Notes under the pieces: model-generated
The model's database searches: none
Told to the model about the DNA's origin: nothing
What the model saw: the letters and a program-made list of their open reading frames with translations, nothing else
Made by a program: the position numbers and the translations under genes
Assembly (NCBI GenBank): GCA_050010555.1
Contig: JBEKKV010000004.1
Coordinates: 12,266-76,265 of the forward strand
Length of the DNA: 64,000 nucleotides
Source: Dehalococcoidia bacterium
Lineage (GTDB): Bacteria > Chloroflexota > Dehalococcoidia > DSTF01 > JALHUB01
Direction: 5' to 3'
Part shown: piece by piece, positions 17,567 through 27,471 of the stretch
Layout of the letters: each line of letters begins with the position of its first letter
Numbering within the stretch: position 1 is the stretch's first letter

Positions 17567-18129
17567 CGACCGTCATCGAACGCCCGCTCTCCCTTTCGAC
17601 GCCGCCCGCGGCCCTGCAGGCGCTCCTCAAAAGCGACGCGCTCTCGTTGTGCTTCCAGTGCCGCAAGTGCACCGCCGGCTGCCCCGTCGCGGCCGAAGCG
17701 GACGTAAAGCCGCACGAGATCGTCCGCCTGGTTCAGCTCGGCGCGACCGACGAGCTCCTGGCCAGCCGCTTCATCTGGGAGTGCACGTCCTGCGGAACCT
17801 GCGAAGCCCGCTGCCCGCAGGCGGTCGCACTGCCCGCGGCCATCGACGCGCTGCGACGCCTCTCGCGCGAAAGGAAAGTCGCCGCCGATCCCGCTGTTCC
17901 CGCCTTCAACGACATCTTCCTCGCCACGGTGCGACAGCTCGGCCGGACGCATGAGCTGGCGCTGATGGCGGCGTTCAAGCTGCGCACGCGCCGCTTCTCG
18001 CAAGACTTCGCCAGGTTCCCGACGATGCTGCGCAAGGGCAAGTTCGCGCTCCTGCCGCGCCTGCACGGCGACCGGGCCAAGCGTCAGCGCATCTTCCGTC
18101 GCGCGCGAGAGCAAAGGAAGGCGCCGTGA
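17563..18129 (+). CDS. hdrC: Heterodisulfide reductase subunit C-like
   Basis: CFQCRKCTAGCP and IWECTSCGTCEARCP [4Fe-4S] motifs. Confidence 0.9.
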   Translation: MTTVIERPLSLSTPPAALQALLKSDALSLCFQCRKCTAGCPVAAEADVKPHEIVRLVQLGATDELLASRFIWECTSCGTCEARCPQAVALPAAIDALRRLSRERKVAADPAVPAFNDIFLATVRQLGRTHELALMAAFKLRTRRFSQDFARFPTMLRKGKFALLPRLHGDRAKRQRIFRRAREQRKAP

Positions 18130-19013
18130 GCTACGTCTTCTACCCGGGCTGCTCGCTGGAATCGACGGCGAAGGACTACGCGCTCTCCACGAACGCGGTT
18201 GCCGCGGCCCTGGGAATCGACCTGCCGGAGCTTGCCGGCTGGACTTGCTGCGGCTCCACGGCCGCCCACCAGACCGATGCCCTGCTGGCGCTGGCGCTGC
18301 CGGCCGCCAACCTCGCCGCCGCTTCGGGAAAGACCGTGGCCGTTGCCTGCGCCGCCTGCTACAGCCGCCTGAAACTGGCGAACCATGAGATAGCAGGCGA
18401 CCCGGATAGCCGCCGCCGTGTTGCCGACGCCCTCGGCGCCGACTACGACGGCTCGACGCCGGTGAAGCACGTCCTGGAGATACTGCGGGACGACGTTGGC
18501 ATGGCCGCTATCGCCGACAAGGTCAAGAGGCCGCTCGCCGGCCTGCGCGTTGCCGCCTACTACGGCTGCCTCCTCGTGCGGCCGCCGTCGATAATGCGCT
18601 TCGACGACGCCGAGAACCCGGCGGTCATCGACAAGCTGATGACCGCCGCCGGCGCCGAAGCCATCGACTGGTCCGCCAAGACGGACTGCTGCGGCGCCAG
18701 CTTCTCCATAACAAAGACAGAGATCGTCCTCCGCCTCTCTCGCGCGGTCCTGACAGCAGCGCGAGAGGCCGGCGCCGACTGCATCGTCACGGCCTGCCCC
18801 CTCTGCCAGTTCAACCTGGACATGCGGCAGAGCGACATCGAGAAGAAGAACAACGAGCATTTCGGGCTGCCCGCATTCTATTTCACACAGCTCCTGGGCC
18901 TCGCGCTTGGCCTGCAATCGCAGCGACTGGGCCTGCAAAGCCTACTGGTCGACCCGCTGCCGCTGTTGACGCGAAAAGGCATCCTCCAGCCGGAGAAGGC
19001 GGTAGCGCGATGA
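18126..19013 (+). CDS. hdrB: Heterodisulfide reductase subunit B-like
   Basis: YPGCSL, two CCG domains (WTCCG, DCCGA), YYGCLLVRP, TACPLCQFNLD. Confidence 0.93.
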   Translation: MSYVFYPGCSLESTAKDYALSTNAVAAALGIDLPELAGWTCCGSTAAHQTDALLALALPAANLAAASGKTVAVACAACYSRLKLANHEIAGDPDSRRRVADALGADYDGSTPVKHVLEILRDDVGMAAIADKVKRPLAGLRVAAYYGCLLVRPPSIMRFDDAENPAVIDKLMTAAGAEAIDWSAKTDCCGASFSITKTEIVLRLSRAVLTAAREAGADCIVTACPLCQFNLDMRQSDIEKKNNEHFGLPAFYFTQLLGLALGLQSQRLGLQSLLVDPLPLLTRKGILQPEKAVAR

Positions 19014-22000
19014 CGGACGAACGACCCAGCGGAGCGGTTCTCGTCTACGGCGGCGGCATCGCCGGGATACAGGCGTCGCTGGACCTGGCCGACTCCGGCT
19101 TCAAGGTCTACCTCGTCGAGCGCTCCTCCGCGGTCGGCGGCCGCATGCCGCAGCTCGACAAGACGTTCCCGACCGGCGACTGCTCCATGTGCATCCTCTC
19201 GCCCAAGCTCGTCGAGTGCGGGCGCAACAAGAACATCGAGATCATCACGCTGGGCGAGATCGAAGGGATCAGCGGCGAGCCGGGCCGCTTCGACGTCACC
19301 GTCAAGCGGAACGCCCGCTACGTCGACCTGGCGAAGTGCAACGGCTGCGGCGACTGCGCGGAGGTCTGCCCCGTCAGCCTGGAAAGCGCCTTCGACCGCG
19401 GGCTGGGCCAGCGCAAGGCCATCTTCCGCGAATACCCGCAGGCCGTGCCCAACGCCTTTACCATCGCCAAAGCGGACGGCGAGGCGCCCTGCAAGCTGGC
19501 CTGCCCGGCCGGCGTGAACGCGCAGGCGTACGTCGCCCTTATCGGGCAGCGGCGCTTCAAGGAGGCCTATGAGGTCATTCGCGAGCAGTGCCCGCTGCCG
19601 GCGGTCTGCGGCCGCATCTGCCAGCACCCCTGCGAGACGGAGTGCAACCGCGCCGAAGTCGACGCCCCCGTCGCCATCCGCGACCTGAAGCGCTTCGCCA
19701 CCGACTGGGTATACGCCCACCGCGACGAGCTCGGCGACGACGAGCCGGAGGCCTTCGCGGATCTGCGCGATCAGCGGGTCGCCGTTATCGGCGGCGGGCC
19801 GGCGGGCTTGACGGCGGCGCACGACCTCAGCCGTCTGGGCTACCGCGCCACGATTTTCGAGGCGCTGCCGTTCCTCGGCGGCATGCTGCGACTCGGCGTG
19901 CCCGCCTACCGCCTGCCTTACGACGTGCTGGATTTCGAGATCGGCCGTCTGTTGAACGACCGCATCGACGTCCGCCTGGACTGCCGCGTCGGCCGCGACG
20001 TGACGCTGGACAGCCTACGCGAGGAAGGGTACGGGGCGTTCTTCGTCGCTTGCGGCGCCCACAAGAGCGAACGCCTCAGCATCGAGGGCGTCGACCTGCC
20101 CGGCGTCGTGCAGGGCCTCGACTTCCTGAAGGCCGCGAACCTGGGCGAGCCCGTCTCCATCGGCAGGCGGGTCGCCGTTATCGGCGGCGGCAACGTGGCG
20201 ATGGACGCCTCCCGCACGGCGCTGCGGCTCGGCGCGGAGAAAGTCACTGTCGTCTACCGGCGTTCGCGCGCGGAGATGCCCGCCCTGGACGAAGAGATCC
20301 GCCTGGCCGAAGAAGAGGGCGTCGAGTTCCTCTACCTTGCGAACCCCGTGCGCGCCATCGGCGAAGGCTCCGTCACGGGCCTCGAATGCCTGCGCATGAA
20401 GCTGGGTGAGCCGGACGAAAGCGGCCGGCGGCGTCCCCAGCCAATCGAAGGCTCCAATTTCATTTTCAACGCCGATACGGTCATCCTCGCCATCGGCCAG
20501 AGCTCGGACCTGGAGGGCCTGCCTTTCGCCGGCGCTTCTCGCATCGATTGCGACGACTGCCTGTCGACGTCGCTTCCGGGCGTTTTCGCCGGCGGCGACG
20601 CGGTCCTCGGCCCGGCTTCGCTCGTCGAGGCGATGGCGCACGGGCATCGCGCCGCCCAGGCGATCCACGACTACCTGCGCGGAGCGTCGCCTCAGCCGAG
20701 GCAAAGCGATGCCGGCAAGACAGCGGCGCCGAACCCCAGCCCGAACGCCACTGTCGAGGCGCGACACGCCATGCCGCAGTCGCCCGTCGTCGAGCGCCAG
20801 CGCGATATGCGCGAGATCGACCTCGGCTACTCGGAGGACGAGGCAGTGGCCGAAGCCCAGCGATGCCTCAACTGCGGCCTTTGCTCCGACTGCCGCCTCT
20901 GCGAGACGGTCTGCGGCCCGGGCGCCATCGTCCACGACATGCAGCCGCGGACGGAGACGCTGCGGGTGGGTGCCGTCATCCTGACGCCCGGTACGGAGGA
21001 GATCGAAGCGTCGCTGCGCGGCGAGTACGGCCACGGGCGCTACGCCAACGTCCTCAGCTCCATCCAGTTCGAGCGCATGCTCAGCGCCTCCGGCCCGACG
21101 GAAGGCACGCTGCTCCGTCCCTCCGACGGCGGCCCGGTTCGGCGCGTCGCTTTCATCCAGTGCGTTGGCTCCCGCGACAGCGCCTGCGGCAACGGCTACT
21201 GCTCGGCGGTCTGTTGCATGTCGGCGACGAAGGAGGCGATGGTCGCGCTGGAGCACGATCCGAACATGGAGATCGCCGTCTTCTGCATCGACGTGCGCGC
21301 CTTCGGCAAGGAGTTCGACCGCTACGTCAGCCGCGCCCAGAGCGAGTACGGCGTCCGCTACGTCCGCGCCATCCCCTCACGCGTCGTCGAGAGGCCGAAC
21401 ACGAAAGACCTCAGCCTCCGCTATTTCGACGAGGAGGGCGCGGAGAAGCTGGCGGACTTCGACCTCGTGGTGCTGTCCATCGGCCTGAAGCCCGGAGCGA
21501 GCGCCGGCGAGCTGGCCCGACGCCTCGGCGTGGAGCGCGACGAGTTCGGCTTCTGTCGCACCGACCGCCTTACGCCCATTACCTCGTCGCGGCCCGGCGT
21601 TTTCGTCGCCGGCGCGTTCCAGGAGCCGAAGGACATTCCGGAATCGGTGGCGCAGGCAAGCGCGGCGGCCGCGGCGGCGATGGAGCTGCTGCGGGAAGGC
21701 CGCGGCACGGAGGTCACGCGCCACGAGTACCCCTGGGAGCGCGACGTCACGGACGAAGCGCCACGCGTCGGCGTGTTCATCTGCCACTGCGGCCACAATA
21801 TCGCCTCCGTCGTCGATGTCGAGGCGGTGAAGCGCGAGGCGGCGGCGATGGGCAACGTCGTCCACGCGGAAACGGACCTTTACACCTGCTCCGACAACTG
21901 CCAGGAGGCGATTAAGCAGGTCATCAAGCAAAAACGGCTGAACCGCGTCGTCGTAGCCTCCTGCTCGCCGCGAACGCACGAGCCCTTGTTCCAGGAGACG

Positions 22001-23434
22001 CTGCGCGAGTCCGGCCTCAACCCGTTCCTCTTCGCTATGACGAACATCCGCGACCAGTGCTCGTGGGTGCACCGCGACGACCCCGTGCAGGCGACGGAGA
22101 AGGCCTGCGACCTGATGCGCATGGCGGTCGGGCGGGCGCGAATGCTGCGCTCGCTGGAGCGGAGCCGCCTGCCGATAACGCGCTCGGCGCTGGTGCTCGG
22201 CGGCGGGCTGGCCGGCATGACGGCGGCGCTTTCGCTCGCCGATCAAGGCTTCGAGACGCACCTGGTGGAGAAGACCGAGGCGCTCGGCGGCAACCTGCGC
22301 CAGCTCCACTACACGCTGGAAGGCGACGACATCCAGCAGTTCGCGGCGGGCCTGATCGAGCGGGTCCAAGCGCACAGGTTGATTCATACGCATATCAACA
22401 CGGACCTTCTCGAGCTCAACGGTCACGTCGGCAACTTCAAGAGCGTCGTTATGTCGAACGGGCGCGAGGAGACGATTCCCCACGGCGTCGCCATCATCGC
22501 GACCGGGGGCATCGAGCGCGCGACAGAGGCGCATCTGCATGGGAAGAACGAGCGCGTGGTAACCCAACGCAAGTTGGAGGCACGACTCGCCGCCGGCGAC
22601 GCGGCAGGCCTCGGCGAAAGCCCGACGGTGGTGATGATCCAGTGCGTCGGGTCACGCACCGAAGAGAACAACTATTGCAGCCGCGTTTGCTGCGCAGAGG
22701 CGGTCAAGAACGCCCTTGCCCTCAAATCGGCGCGACCGGACGCGCGTGTCGTTGTCCTTATGAAGGACATGCGCACTTACGGCTTCCGCGAGACGTACTA
22801 TCAGAAGGCGCGGGAGGCGGGCGTGCTGTTCATCCGCTACCGCGAGGACGAGGAGCCCATAACCAGCGACGACGGCGGCCTGACGGTGCGCGTCACCGAC
22901 GCCGGAACGCGTCGAAAGCTCGTCTTGCGACCGGACCTGCTCGTGCTCAGCACCGGCATCGCGCCGGCGGCGGACAACCCGAAGCTGTCGTCCATCATCC
23001 GAACGTCGCTAACCGCCGACGGCTTCTTCCTGGAGGCGCACCCCAAGCTGCGACCGGTCGACCTGGCCAGCGAAGGCGTTTTCGTCTGCGGGCTGGCGCA
23101 TTCGCCCCGCTTCGTCGATGAGACGATTGCGCAGGCGCTGGCGACGGCCGCGCGGGCGGCGACGGTGCTTTCCAAGCCGTACCTGGAAGTCGGCGGGCAG
23201 ATCGCCAAAGTCGACGCCTCCGCCTGCACGGCCTGCATGACCTGCGTCAAGGTGTGCCCATACGGCGCTCCCGTCCTAGTCGGCCACAAGGTCGTGATTC
23301 AGGCGGCGGCGTGCCTGGGCTGCGGTAGCTGCGCCGCGGCCTGCCCCGCGCAGGCGATTCAGCTTCAGAACCAGGAGGAAGGCCAGGTCTCGGCCATGCT
23401 GGACGAGCTCCTGGTGGGAATTCGACATGATTGA
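19010..23434 (+). CDS. hdrA: Large HdrA-like flavoprotein with inserted GltD-like NAD(P)H-binding module (HdrL type)
   Basis: GGGIAG..DKTFPT.DCSMC; ferredoxin; PCKLACPAG..CGRICQHPCE; GGGPAG and GGGNVAMD; two CVGSR/CS.VCC modules; CHCG.NI; C-terminal ferredoxin. Confidence 0.93.
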   Translation: MTDERPSGAVLVYGGGIAGIQASLDLADSGFKVYLVERSSAVGGRMPQLDKTFPTGDCSMCILSPKLVECGRNKNIEIITLGEIEGISGEPGRFDVTVKRNARYVDLAKCNGCGDCAEVCPVSLESAFDRGLGQRKAIFREYPQAVPNAFTIAKADGEAPCKLACPAGVNAQAYVALIGQRRFKEAYEVIREQCPLPAVCGRICQHPCETECNRAEVDAPVAIRDLKRFATDWVYAHRDELGDDEPEAFADLRDQRVAVIGGGPAGLTAAHDLSRLGYRATIFEALPFLGGMLRLGVPAYRLPYDVLDFEIGRLLNDRIDVRLDCRVGRDVTLDSLREEGYGAFFVACGAHKSERLSIEGVDLPGVVQGLDFLKAANLGEPVSIGRRVAVIGGGNVAMDASRTALRLGAEKVTVVYRRSRAEMPALDEEIRLAEEEGVEFLYLANPVRAIGEGSVTGLECLRMKLGEPDESGRRRPQPIEGSNFIFNADTVILAIGQSSDLEGLPFAGASRIDCDDCLSTSLPGVFAGGDAVLGPASLVEAMAHGHRAAQAIHDYLRGASPQPRQSDAGKTAAPNPSPNATVEARHAMPQSPVVERQRDMREIDLGYSEDEAVAEAQRCLNCGLCSDCRLCETVCGPGAIVHDMQPRTETLRVGAVILTPGTEEIEASLRGEYGHGRYANVLSSIQFERMLSASGPTEGTLLRPSDGGPVRRVAFIQCVGSRDSACGNGYCSAVCCMSATKEAMVALEHDPNMEIAVFCIDVRAFGKEFDRYVSRAQSEYGVRYVRAIPSRVVERPNTKDLSLRYFDEEGAEKLADFDLVVLSIGLKPGASAGELARRLGVERDEFGFCRTDRLTPITSSRPGVFVAGAFQEPKDIPESVAQASAAAAAAMELLREGRGTEVTRHEYPWERDVTDEAPRVGVFICHCGHNIASVVDVEAVKREAAAMGNVVHAETDLYTCSDNCQEAIKQVIKQKRLNRVVVASCSPRTHEPLFQETLRESGLNPFLFAMTNIRDQCSWVHRDDPVQATEKACDLMRMAVGRARMLRSLERSRLPITRSALVLGGGLAGMTAALSLADQGFETHLVEKTEALGGNLRQLHYTLEGDDIQQFAAGLIERVQAHRLIHTHINTDLLELNGHVGNFKSVVMSNGREETIPHGVAIIATGGIERATEAHLHGKNERVVTQRKLEARLAAGDAAGLGESPTVVMIQCVGSRTEENNYCSRVCCAEAVKNALALKSARPDARVVVLMKDMRTYGFRETYYQKAREAGVLFIRYREDEEPITSDDGGLTVRVTDAGTRRKLVLRPDLLVLSTGIAPAADNPKLSSIIRTSLTADGFFLEAHPKLRPVDLASEGVFVCGLAHSPRFVDETIAQALATAARAATVLSKPYLEVGGQIAKVDASACTACMTCVKVCPYGAPVLVGHKVVIQAAACLGCGSCAAACPAQAIQLQNQEEGQVSAMLDELLVGIRHD

Positions 23435-23888
23435 GACGGAAGAGATGAAGGCCGGCCCGACGACGCAGCGCTGCGAAATCCTGGCGTTCTGCTGCAACTT
23501 CTGCGCCTACGCCGCCGCCGATCTGGCCGGCTCCCGGCGCATGCAGTACCCGGCGAACGTACGCATCGTCCACGTGCCGTGCAGCGGCAAGATGGAGGTG
23601 CAGCAGATACTGGCAGCATTCGAGCACGGCATCGACGGCGTTCTCATCGCGGGCTGCCTGGAGGGCGGCTGCCACTTCACCGAGGGAAACCTGCGGGCGA
23701 AGCGTCGCGTCGCGGCCACGCGAAAGCTTTTGGACGACATCGGCATCGGCGGCGAACGTCTGCGGATGGTCAACCTCTCCGCGTCGGAGGCGCCGACGTT
23801 TGTGGCGCGGGTGCGGGAGATGGTGGAGACCGTTGAACGGCTGGGACCCAGCCCGCTGCGTCTGGCTGAGAATAGAGGGCAAGAATGA
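23427..23888 (+). CDS. mvhD: MvhD/FlpD [2Fe-2S] subunit
   Basis: FCCNFCAYAAADLAG, VPCSGK, GCLEGGCHFTEGN. Confidence 0.93.
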   Translation: MIETEEMKAGPTTQRCEILAFCCNFCAYAAADLAGSRRMQYPANVRIVHVPCSGKMEVQQILAAFEHGIDGVLIAGCLEGGCHFTEGNLRAKRRVAATRKLLDDIGIGGERLRMVNLSASEAPTFVARVREMVETVERLGPSPLRLAENRGQE

Positions 23889-24553
23889 TAGTCGCAACCG
23901 GAAAATCAATCGCAGAAGTCAGAAGTCTGCTCATGCGTCATGACAAGGTGCTGTTCGTCGGCTGCGGGACGTGCGTCACCGTCTGCCTTGCCGGCGGCGA
24001 CCGGGAAGTCGGCATCATGTCCTACGCGATGCGCATGGCGCGACGCCTGGAGGGCCGGCCGATCGAAATCGAGCAGATGACTATCGAGCGGCAGTGCGAG
24101 AACGAGTTCATCGCCGACCTGGCGGCGGCCGCGGCCCGCAACGAGGCGATCCTGTCGTTCGGTTGCGGCGCCGGCGTCCAGGCGATAGCGGAGCGCTTCC
24201 CGGACAAGCCCGTCTACGCCGCGCTCGACACGCAATTCATCGGCATCCTCGAAGAGCAGGGCGTCTGGACGGAGAAGTGTCTGGGCTGCGGCGCCTGCGT
24301 CCTGGCCGACTTCGGCGGCATCTGCCCCATCACCCGTTGTGCCAAGCGAATGCTCAACGGTCCGTGCGCCGGCTCCAGCGAAGACGGCTGCGAGGTCGAC
24401 CCGGAACGACCCTGCGCCTGGCAGATAATCTACCGTCGACTGGAAGCTATCGGGCAACTCGACAGGCTGGCGGCGATCGTTCCGGCGCGCGACTGGCGGA
24501 CGAGCTGGCACGCGGGCGCCCGACGCGTCGTGCGGGAAGAGCACAGAATCTAA
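23885..24553 (+). CDS. metV: MetV (methylene-THF reductase Fe-S/Zn subunit)
   Basis: GCGTCVTVC.AGG, ERQCE, CGAGVQ, C.GCG.C, GICPITRCAK.MLNGPC.G, CEVD...CAW. Confidence 0.9.
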   Translation: MIVATGKSIAEVRSLLMRHDKVLFVGCGTCVTVCLAGGDREVGIMSYAMRMARRLEGRPIEIEQMTIERQCENEFIADLAAAAARNEAILSFGCGAGVQAIAERFPDKPVYAALDTQFIGILEEQGVWTEKCLGCGACVLADFGGICPITRCAKRMLNGPCAGSSEDGCEVDPERPCAWQIIYRRLEAIGQLDRLAAIVPARDWRTSWHAGARRVVREEHRI

Positions 24554-24583
24554 CCGGCTTTCGACGCCCCTAAGGGCCTCCCG

Positions 24584-25903
24584 TCAGCCGCTGACGACCC
24601 CCGTCGCCTGCAGCACGGCCGTGAACGCGTATACGACCGTCAGCCCGATGAGCGCGCCCGTTACGGCCCATGCCCCGACGTTCCAGCCGGTCGAGTTCGT
24701 CCAGCGCCCCATTATCTTCGAATCGTTCAGCACCTTCACCATCATGATGAGGATGACCGGCAGAAGGACAGCGCCGACAACGTTGGGGATGAGGAGCAGG
24801 ATGAGGAGCGGCATGCCCGGGATGAGCACGGCAGCCGCGCCGACGACGAGCAGCCCGCCGAACAGGCCGAAGAACACAGGCGCCTCGCGGATCGGCAAGT
24901 TGACGCTGCGCTCCCAGCCAAACGCGCCGCATACGGCGTAGGCCGTCGTGAGCGGTAGAACCGCCGCCGCCAGCAGCGACGCGTTCAGCAGGCCGATAGC
25001 GAAGAGATTGGCCGAGAAGTCGCCAGCCAGCGGTCGCAGCGACTGCGCAATCTCCTCCACCGTCCCTGAAGGCTCAGCGTGCGCGTGCAGCGTCGCGGCT
25101 GTCGTCACGATGATGAAGAAGGCGATCGTCGCGGATGCGAACGCCCCGACGAACACGTCCAGACGCTCCAGCTTGAACTCGCGCTCCCCCAGGCCTTTGT
25201 CCACAACCGTCGATTGCAGATAGAACTGCTGCCACGGCGTTATCGTCGTGCCGATGACGCCGATGAGGATGGAGAGATACGCCAGGTTGGCCTGAACGTG
25301 CGGAACGACCGAATGCGTCGCCACGGCGCCCCAATCGGGCCTCGCCAGGAAGCCGGTGATGATGTAGGCCACGGATACGGCCGAGAACGCCAGCAGCACT
25401 CTCTCCATTCGCCGGTACGAGCCGTAGGCCACGACGACGAAGACCAGGAGCGCCGCCAAGGGCACGGTTATATAGCGCGACACGTGAAATATCTCCGATG
25501 CGCTGGCAATTCCGGCGAACTCCGCAATCACGGTAGCGGTGTTGGCAACTAGCAGAATGAGCAAAGCGAAGGATGTGATGCGGACGCCGAAACGCTCGCG
25601 GATTATCTCGCCGAGGCCTTTGCCGGTGATGGCGCCCATTCGAGCCGCCATCTCGCCGACAATCGCCAGGGCGGCGGCAGCGAGGATCAGCGTCCAGAGG
25701 AGGTCGTAGCCGAAGCGTGAGCCGGCGATGGAGTAGCCGGCAATCCCCGTCGAATCATCGTCGACGATGCCGGTAATCAGGCCCGGCCCCATGACGGCCA
25801 GGAACAGCGCCGCCCGCCGCCAGGGGCCCATGCGGTTCAGATACACCAGGAGGCACAACACAGACCGCCCAAGTCGCGTCGGAGGGATAGCCCGGTTTAT
25901 CAT
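24584..25903 (-). CDS. Nramp-family divalent metal transporter (NrmT-like Mg/Mn type)
   Basis: MGPGLITG..DDD..GI, GTTITPW.QFY.QS, about 11 TM segments. Confidence 0.9.
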   Translation of the reverse strand: MINRAIPPTRLGRSVLCLLVYLNRMGPWRRAALFLAVMGPGLITGIVDDDSTGIAGYSIAGSRFGYDLLWTLILAAAALAIVGEMAARMGAITGKGLGEIIRERFGVRITSFALLILLVANTATVIAEFAGIASASEIFHVSRYITVPLAALLVFVVVAYGSYRRMERVLLAFSAVSVAYIITGFLARPDWGAVATHSVVPHVQANLAYLSILIGVIGTTITPWQQFYLQSTVVDKGLGEREFKLERLDVFVGAFASATIAFFIIVTTAATLHAHAEPSGTVEEIAQSLRPLAGDFSANLFAIGLLNASLLAAAVLPLTTAYAVCGAFGWERSVNLPIREAPVFFGLFGGLLVVGAAAVLIPGMPLLILLLIPNVVGAVLLPVILIMMVKVLNDSKIMGRWTNSTGWNVGAWAVTGALIGLTVVYAFTAVLQATGVVSG

Positions 25904-25917
25904 CGTCCCTCATCCGT

Positions 25918-27153
25918 CTACCCTGCCATTCGACGTGGCTGGTTTTGCCAGGCGCGCGGCGTCACGAGGTCCAGCACGTCGTCAACGGTCACCATGCCCT
26001 TCAGATGGCTGTGCTCATCGACGACGGGAATGGCGAGCAGATTGTAGTGGATTAGCTTGCGCGCCACCTCCTCCTTGGAGTCGTCCAGGCGGACGAACGC
26101 CACGTCCTGGCGCGCGCAGTCGGCGATGAGCGTGTCCGGCTCGGCGACGACGAGGTCGCGCAGAGAGAGGACGCCCCATAGCCGCCCGCTGCCGTCGACG
26201 ACGTAAAGGTAGTAGATCTCGTCTTCCGGCGGGGACGTGCGTCGCAGGTCCTCCAGGACGCGGCCCGCCGTCTCCATCTCGGCGACGGCGAAGAGACGGC
26301 TGTTCATCAGACCGCCGGCCGTGTCGTCTTCATAGATCAGCAGCGAGCGCACTTCCTGCGCCGTGTGCGGCTCCATCAGCCGCATGAGCTCGCCGGCGCG
26401 CTCGTGGTGGACGTCGCCCAGGATGTCCGCCGCCTCGTCCGGCGCCATGCGCTCCAGCACATCAGCGGCTTCTTCCGGCTCCATGGCGGTCACGACGGCC
26501 GCCTGGTGCTCGTCCGATAGCTCCGCCAGGGCATCCGCCGCGATCTCGTCGTCGAGCGCCTCCAGTACGTCCGCCGCCTCGCCGGGCGACATCTGGCTGA
26601 TGACCGACGCGATGTCCGCCGGGTTCATCCGACGCAGGCGGTGGAACGGCACCTTCAGACGGATCTCGTCGACCGCAGGGCCGATGTCCACCTGCTCCCA
26701 GTCGATGAGTCGCGGCCGCCCGCGCGCGGCAAGGTTTGCCAGCCACTCGATCCCGAGCCGTCGCAGGAGGCCGGCCACGCTGTTGTCGACGCCGGCGAGG
26801 CGCAGGTCGCCGTTGATAGGCGTCAGCGCGAGGTCGTTCACTCGCACCAGCTTCACGCCGTGCGTATCGACGATCTGCTTGTCCAGCAGGTCGCGCCCAA
26901 GCCAGATCAGGTCGTCGGTCGGCGCGGGAAACGCCTCCAGGCGGACGCGGCTGCGCAGCACCGCCCCGCGCGGCGTGACGGAAGCGACGTGAATCCAGGG
27001 AATGGCGTGCATATGCCCCTTATCGGCGACGATGATTGCGCTCAGCGCCGGATAAGGGCTATCGCTCGCTACCAGGAGGTCGCGCAGAACGCCGACGCGC
27101 GCGCCCTCGGCGTCGACGGTGGGGCGGCCCAGGAGTTGGCTGAGGAAAGGCAT
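25918..27153 (-). CDS. MgtE intracellular N-domain/CBS/PRC protein
   Basis: DLLDKQIVD..G..LVRVND, MNPADIA, M.PDEAAD, TAGGLM, YNLLAIPVVD, GMVTVDD; no TM part; start MPFLSQ after AGGAGG. Confidence 0.9.
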   Translation of the reverse strand: MPFLSQLLGRPTVDAEGARVGVLRDLLVASDSPYPALSAIIVADKGHMHAIPWIHVASVTPRGAVLRSRVRLEAFPAPTDDLIWLGRDLLDKQIVDTHGVKLVRVNDLALTPINGDLRLAGVDNSVAGLLRRLGIEWLANLAARGRPRLIDWEQVDIGPAVDEIRLKVPFHRLRRMNPADIASVISQMSPGEAADVLEALDDEIAADALAELSDEHQAAVVTAMEPEEAADVLERMAPDEAADILGDVHHERAGELMRLMEPHTAQEVRSLLIYEDDTAGGLMNSRLFAVAEMETAGRVLEDLRRTSPPEDEIYYLYVVDGSGRLWGVLSLRDLVVAEPDTLIADCARQDVAFVRLDDSKEEVARKLIHYNLLAIPVVDEHSHLKGMVTVDDVLDLVTPRAWQNQPRRMAG

Positions 27154-27358
27154 GAAAAACCACCTCCTCAAAAAGGTCGTGACAGGAGGTGGTTCGCCGC
27201 GGACGAGCCGCGGCCGGGCGCGCTAGCGCTCTACCAGCGACTCATCGACGGTGAATCGCCTCCTCTGTGTTCTGTTTGGCGGCTACGATCGCCGCCGTCG
27301 TCGGCTTCCATCTTTACCGTTTAGTGCCTCACGCTGCGCTACAAGACGCAGCTCCGCC
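27154..27358 (-). promoter_or_regulatory. Structured 5' leader with RBS-sequestering hairpin (candidate metal-responsive switch)
   Basis: AACCACCTCCT/AGGAGGTGGTT 11-bp stem over the SD sequence; competing upstream AGGAGG; short uORF. Confidence 0.55.
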
Positions 27359-27364
27359 GGATTG

Positions 27365-27394
27365 ATAATACCCTTGCGACTCTAAGGGCGTCAA
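27365..27394 (-). promoter_or_regulatory. Sigma70-type promoter for the mgtE-nramp operon
   Basis: TTGACG-N18-TATTAT; spacer contains a CCCTT-N8-AAGGG inverted repeat. Confidence 0.55.
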
Positions 27395-27437
27395 CCCTGT
27401 GTAGAATCGGCAGCGCTTTTGTCCGCTGAACCTGCGA

Positions 27438-27446
27438 TGCTATAAT
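27438..27446 (+). promoter_or_regulatory. Extended -10 promoter for larBC
   Basis: TGcTATAAT upstream of larB. Confidence 0.55.
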
Positions 27447-27471
27447 TCCATTCGCGGTCAACGAAATATGT

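Noticed and set aside
20548-23121. Long alternative-frame ORFs inside hdrA (similar ones occur in dnaE and rpoBC)
   Set aside because: Arg/Pro/Ala-rich shadow ORFs expected from high GC3 codon bias
19010-23888. Selenocysteine recoding in HdrA/MvhD
   Set aside because: The ORFs are uninterrupted and have Cys at the motif positions
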